Origin: Felis catus
Lineage: Eukaryota
Direction of reading: 5' to 3'
NCBI RefSeq assembly: GCF_018350175.1
Contig: NC_058368.1
Location: 140,928,001-140,992,000 of the forward strand
DNA: 64,000 nt
Positions 62,001-64,000 of the stretch are shown here, piece by piece. A program made the translations under genes and the position numbers. The notes beneath the pieces are model-generated. The model saw only the letters and a list, made by a program, of their open reading frames with translations. It had not been told where the DNA came from and did no database searches. Positions within the stretch are counted from its first letter, which is position 1, and each line of letters begins with the position of its first letter.

Positions 62001-64000
62001 AGAGTGAGAGTGTGAGTGGGGGAGAGGGACAGAGGGGGAAAGAGAATTTTAAGCAGGCTCCATGCTCAGCAGAGTCCAACACAGATTCCACGGCCCTGGG
62101 ATTATGACCTGAGCCAAAATCAAGAGTAGGATGCTCAACCAACTGAGCCACCCAGGTGTCCCTCAGTGAGATGAATTCAAATCCCACTCTCCCTCATCAT
62201 TACTTAGTTCCCTGAGCTTGTCTCTTCCTCTACAAAATGGGCATAAGAATAATTACATCATGGGGTTGCTGCCCATGCACTTATTCTAAAGCATTTGGCA
62301 CAGCTCTGGCACATGGTGCTAGTATACCTGGAATTAGAGCTAGGGAGGAAACTGGTGTTCACACAGTGACTAGCAAGGGAGATAGTGCAGCAGCTAGGAA
62401 CAGGGCATCTGGAGGTATAGACTGGATTTGGATCTCAAAGCTACTACTTACAACCTACTTAGCCCCTATCTCCGTTTCCTTAGCTGTAAGTGGGCACAGT
62501 ATTACCTCCTCAAGGAGCTGCTGTGAGAATAGAGTCGGATGGTACATGTACAGTGTGCAGTATATACCTAATACTTTCTCAGAGCCCCATAAATGTTATA
62601 ATCGGGTGAGGGGTGGGGATGTGGAACTGAAGAGATTTGCCCTTTCCATCTGCAGTGGCACGCTATACAGAGGTAGAGACACACAGCAGGGATTGGACAT
62701 GAAGCCAGAACTTGGGAAGTAAACGTGAGGCTGGAGGTAGGAGTCACTGGCACAGAGGCAGATGAGCCAAGAATGAGCGCATAAATTGGCTTAAGGAAAC
62801 AATCAGACAAACCCAGAATAAAGGGCATTCTAGAAGCCAGAGGGCTGGGACTCTCAAAAAGTGTCATGGAGGGGCACCTGGGTGGCTCAGTCGGTTAAGC
62901 GGCAGACTTCGGCTCAGGTCACCATCTCGCGGTCCATGAGTTTGAGCCCCGCGTCAGGCTCTGTGCTGACAGCTCAGAGCCTGGAGCCTGTTTCAGATTC
63001 TGTGTCTCCCTCTCTCTGACCCTCCCCCGTTCATGCTCTGTCTCAAAAATAAATGTTAAAAAAAAAAAGTGTCATGGAAAAAAAAGTAATAAGGGAGCTA
63101 TTCTAGACCAAAAGAGACTAAAGTTATCAAAAAGTAATGTATGAACCTTGATTGGACCCTGTTTTGTAAGAAAGATAAAAAGACATTTTTGAGACAATGG
63201 GGAATTTTGATTAAGGACTCTGTATTAGAGGCTATTAGGATATATAGACTGAAATACTTCAGGATGAAATGCCATGTATGTTTGGGATAGAGGGCAGAGA
63301 AAATAAGGCAATATGTTAACAAGTGTTCAGTCTAGGTGGAGGGTATATGTGGGTGTTCATTTTACTAGCAAGATGAAGGCTCAAAACAAATTATATTCAG
63401 CTTACGGGTCCAGTGTAGAATGGGAAGCTGACCTCCAGGAAAGGACTTAAGTATGGGGAGGAAATACAGGCAGCAAGGATAACTGGACCCGTCTTGGGTA
63501 GTGTTAAGCTGGCGACAGTCAAGCTGGGCAAATCCTTCTTTTTAGTACAAGGGGAGACTTGTTGCTGAGGAACCAGAGTAGTCTGGGGAAGAGAGGGAAT
63601 GAGTCAGAGGAAAGGAGAAACGGTAATGGAGCAAAGGTCCAGTAAAGGTGGAAGAGGAATGGAGGCAAACGGGAAGAAGTAAAGGTGACCTCAGATGGGA
63701 GAGATGTCTTCTCTTGTGGCCCACAAGTGAGGACTGTTTTGTGGGGAACCAAGCTCCCTTCCTAAGGAGGGAGGAGCTCATGTTTTGCTAGTATGGAAGC
63801 GTAAGGCACAAACGCAGCACAGCTGCCACTGGGTCTTAAACGGAAAGGGAACAGCTGGGGTGCGCTCTCTTCAAGCTGGGGAGCAAACAGGGGTTCTCCC
63901 AGATTGCTCTGATGAGGCACTAGGATGACAGGGTAAAGAACAGTTGTGGAGGTTAAATGGCCCCCTTTTCAGAACCTCGTGCCTGGCAAAGTCAACTTGC

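Larger units (their letters stand above)
1..63068. mobile_element. About 50 dispersed CanSINE (tRNA-derived carnivore SINE) copies on both strands (aggregate entry)
   Basis: Repeated GGGGCGCCTGGGTGGCTCAGTCGGTTAAG head, B-box-like GTTCGAGCCCC, (CT)n tract, AATAAA and A-tail. Approximate starts: 2285+, 2876-, 2930+, 3926+, 5368-, 5496-, 5783+, 8279+, 8845-, 9220+, 11056-, 13706-, 15397-, 16998-, 18342+, 23898+, 26137-, 27182-, 27733-, 29159-, 30747-, 30912+, 32763-, 33800-, 33984+, 35859+, 36149-, 37039+, 38758+, 39397-, 39467+, 43145-, 46648-, 46709+, 50216-, 52873+, 53806-, 57760-, 61269-, 62163-, 62872+. Confidence 0.95.

Noticed and set aside
62237..62722. 161-aa ORF
   Set aside because: Overlaps decayed MIR fragments; no domain, splice context or codon signal
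1..64000. Most short ORFs in the six-frame track (e.g. [16 protein letters not shown]..., MGQRETEHE...)
   Set aside because: They are translations of CanSINE, L1 or LTR sequence or chance ORFs, many with non-ATG starts; they are not genes
1..64000. CRISPR array, prokaryotic defence system or novel gene cluster
   Set aside because: No regularly spaced repeat-spacer structure or operon; the recurring ~200-bp repeats are dispersed SINEs
59100..64000. ZBED3/SNORA47 (expected downstream by human synteny) and CRHBP (expected upstream)
   Set aside because: No recognisable BED-finger or CRHBP coding sequence or snoRNA in the window; they probably lie outside it

Overview
Mammalian (Carnivora, almost certainly Felidae, judged from young felid-type CanSINE copies) genomic DNA. 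The window holds one complete protein-coding gene, AGGF1 (+ strand, 14 coding exons from 21347 to 47936). Splicing the exons by hand gives an intact 2142-nt CDS encoding 713 aa, with coiled-coil, OCRE, FHA and G-patch regions. It has a TATA-less CpG-island promoter and a 3' UTR of roughly 0.8-2 kb. The rest is intergenic or intronic DNA with about 50 tRNA-derived CanSINEs, L1 fragments, MaLR and ERV1 LTRs, ancient DNA transposons (MER5A, MER96-like, MADE2, MARNA, MER33-like), microsatellites and a 35-nt U2 snRNA pseudogene. I see no prokaryotic system, CRISPR array or new gene family. The best leads are RNA-processing features of AGGF1: a cryptic poison acceptor before exon 12, an excess of AAG acceptors, stop codons coupled to AATAAA just inside introns 1, 3 and 6, and a nested uORF/overlapping-ORF pair. 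Two further leads are a solo LTR abutting the promoter and two cases of retroelements re-inserting at an identical target site. Repeat subfamily names are from recognition by eye and need RepeatMasker/Dfam confirmation.
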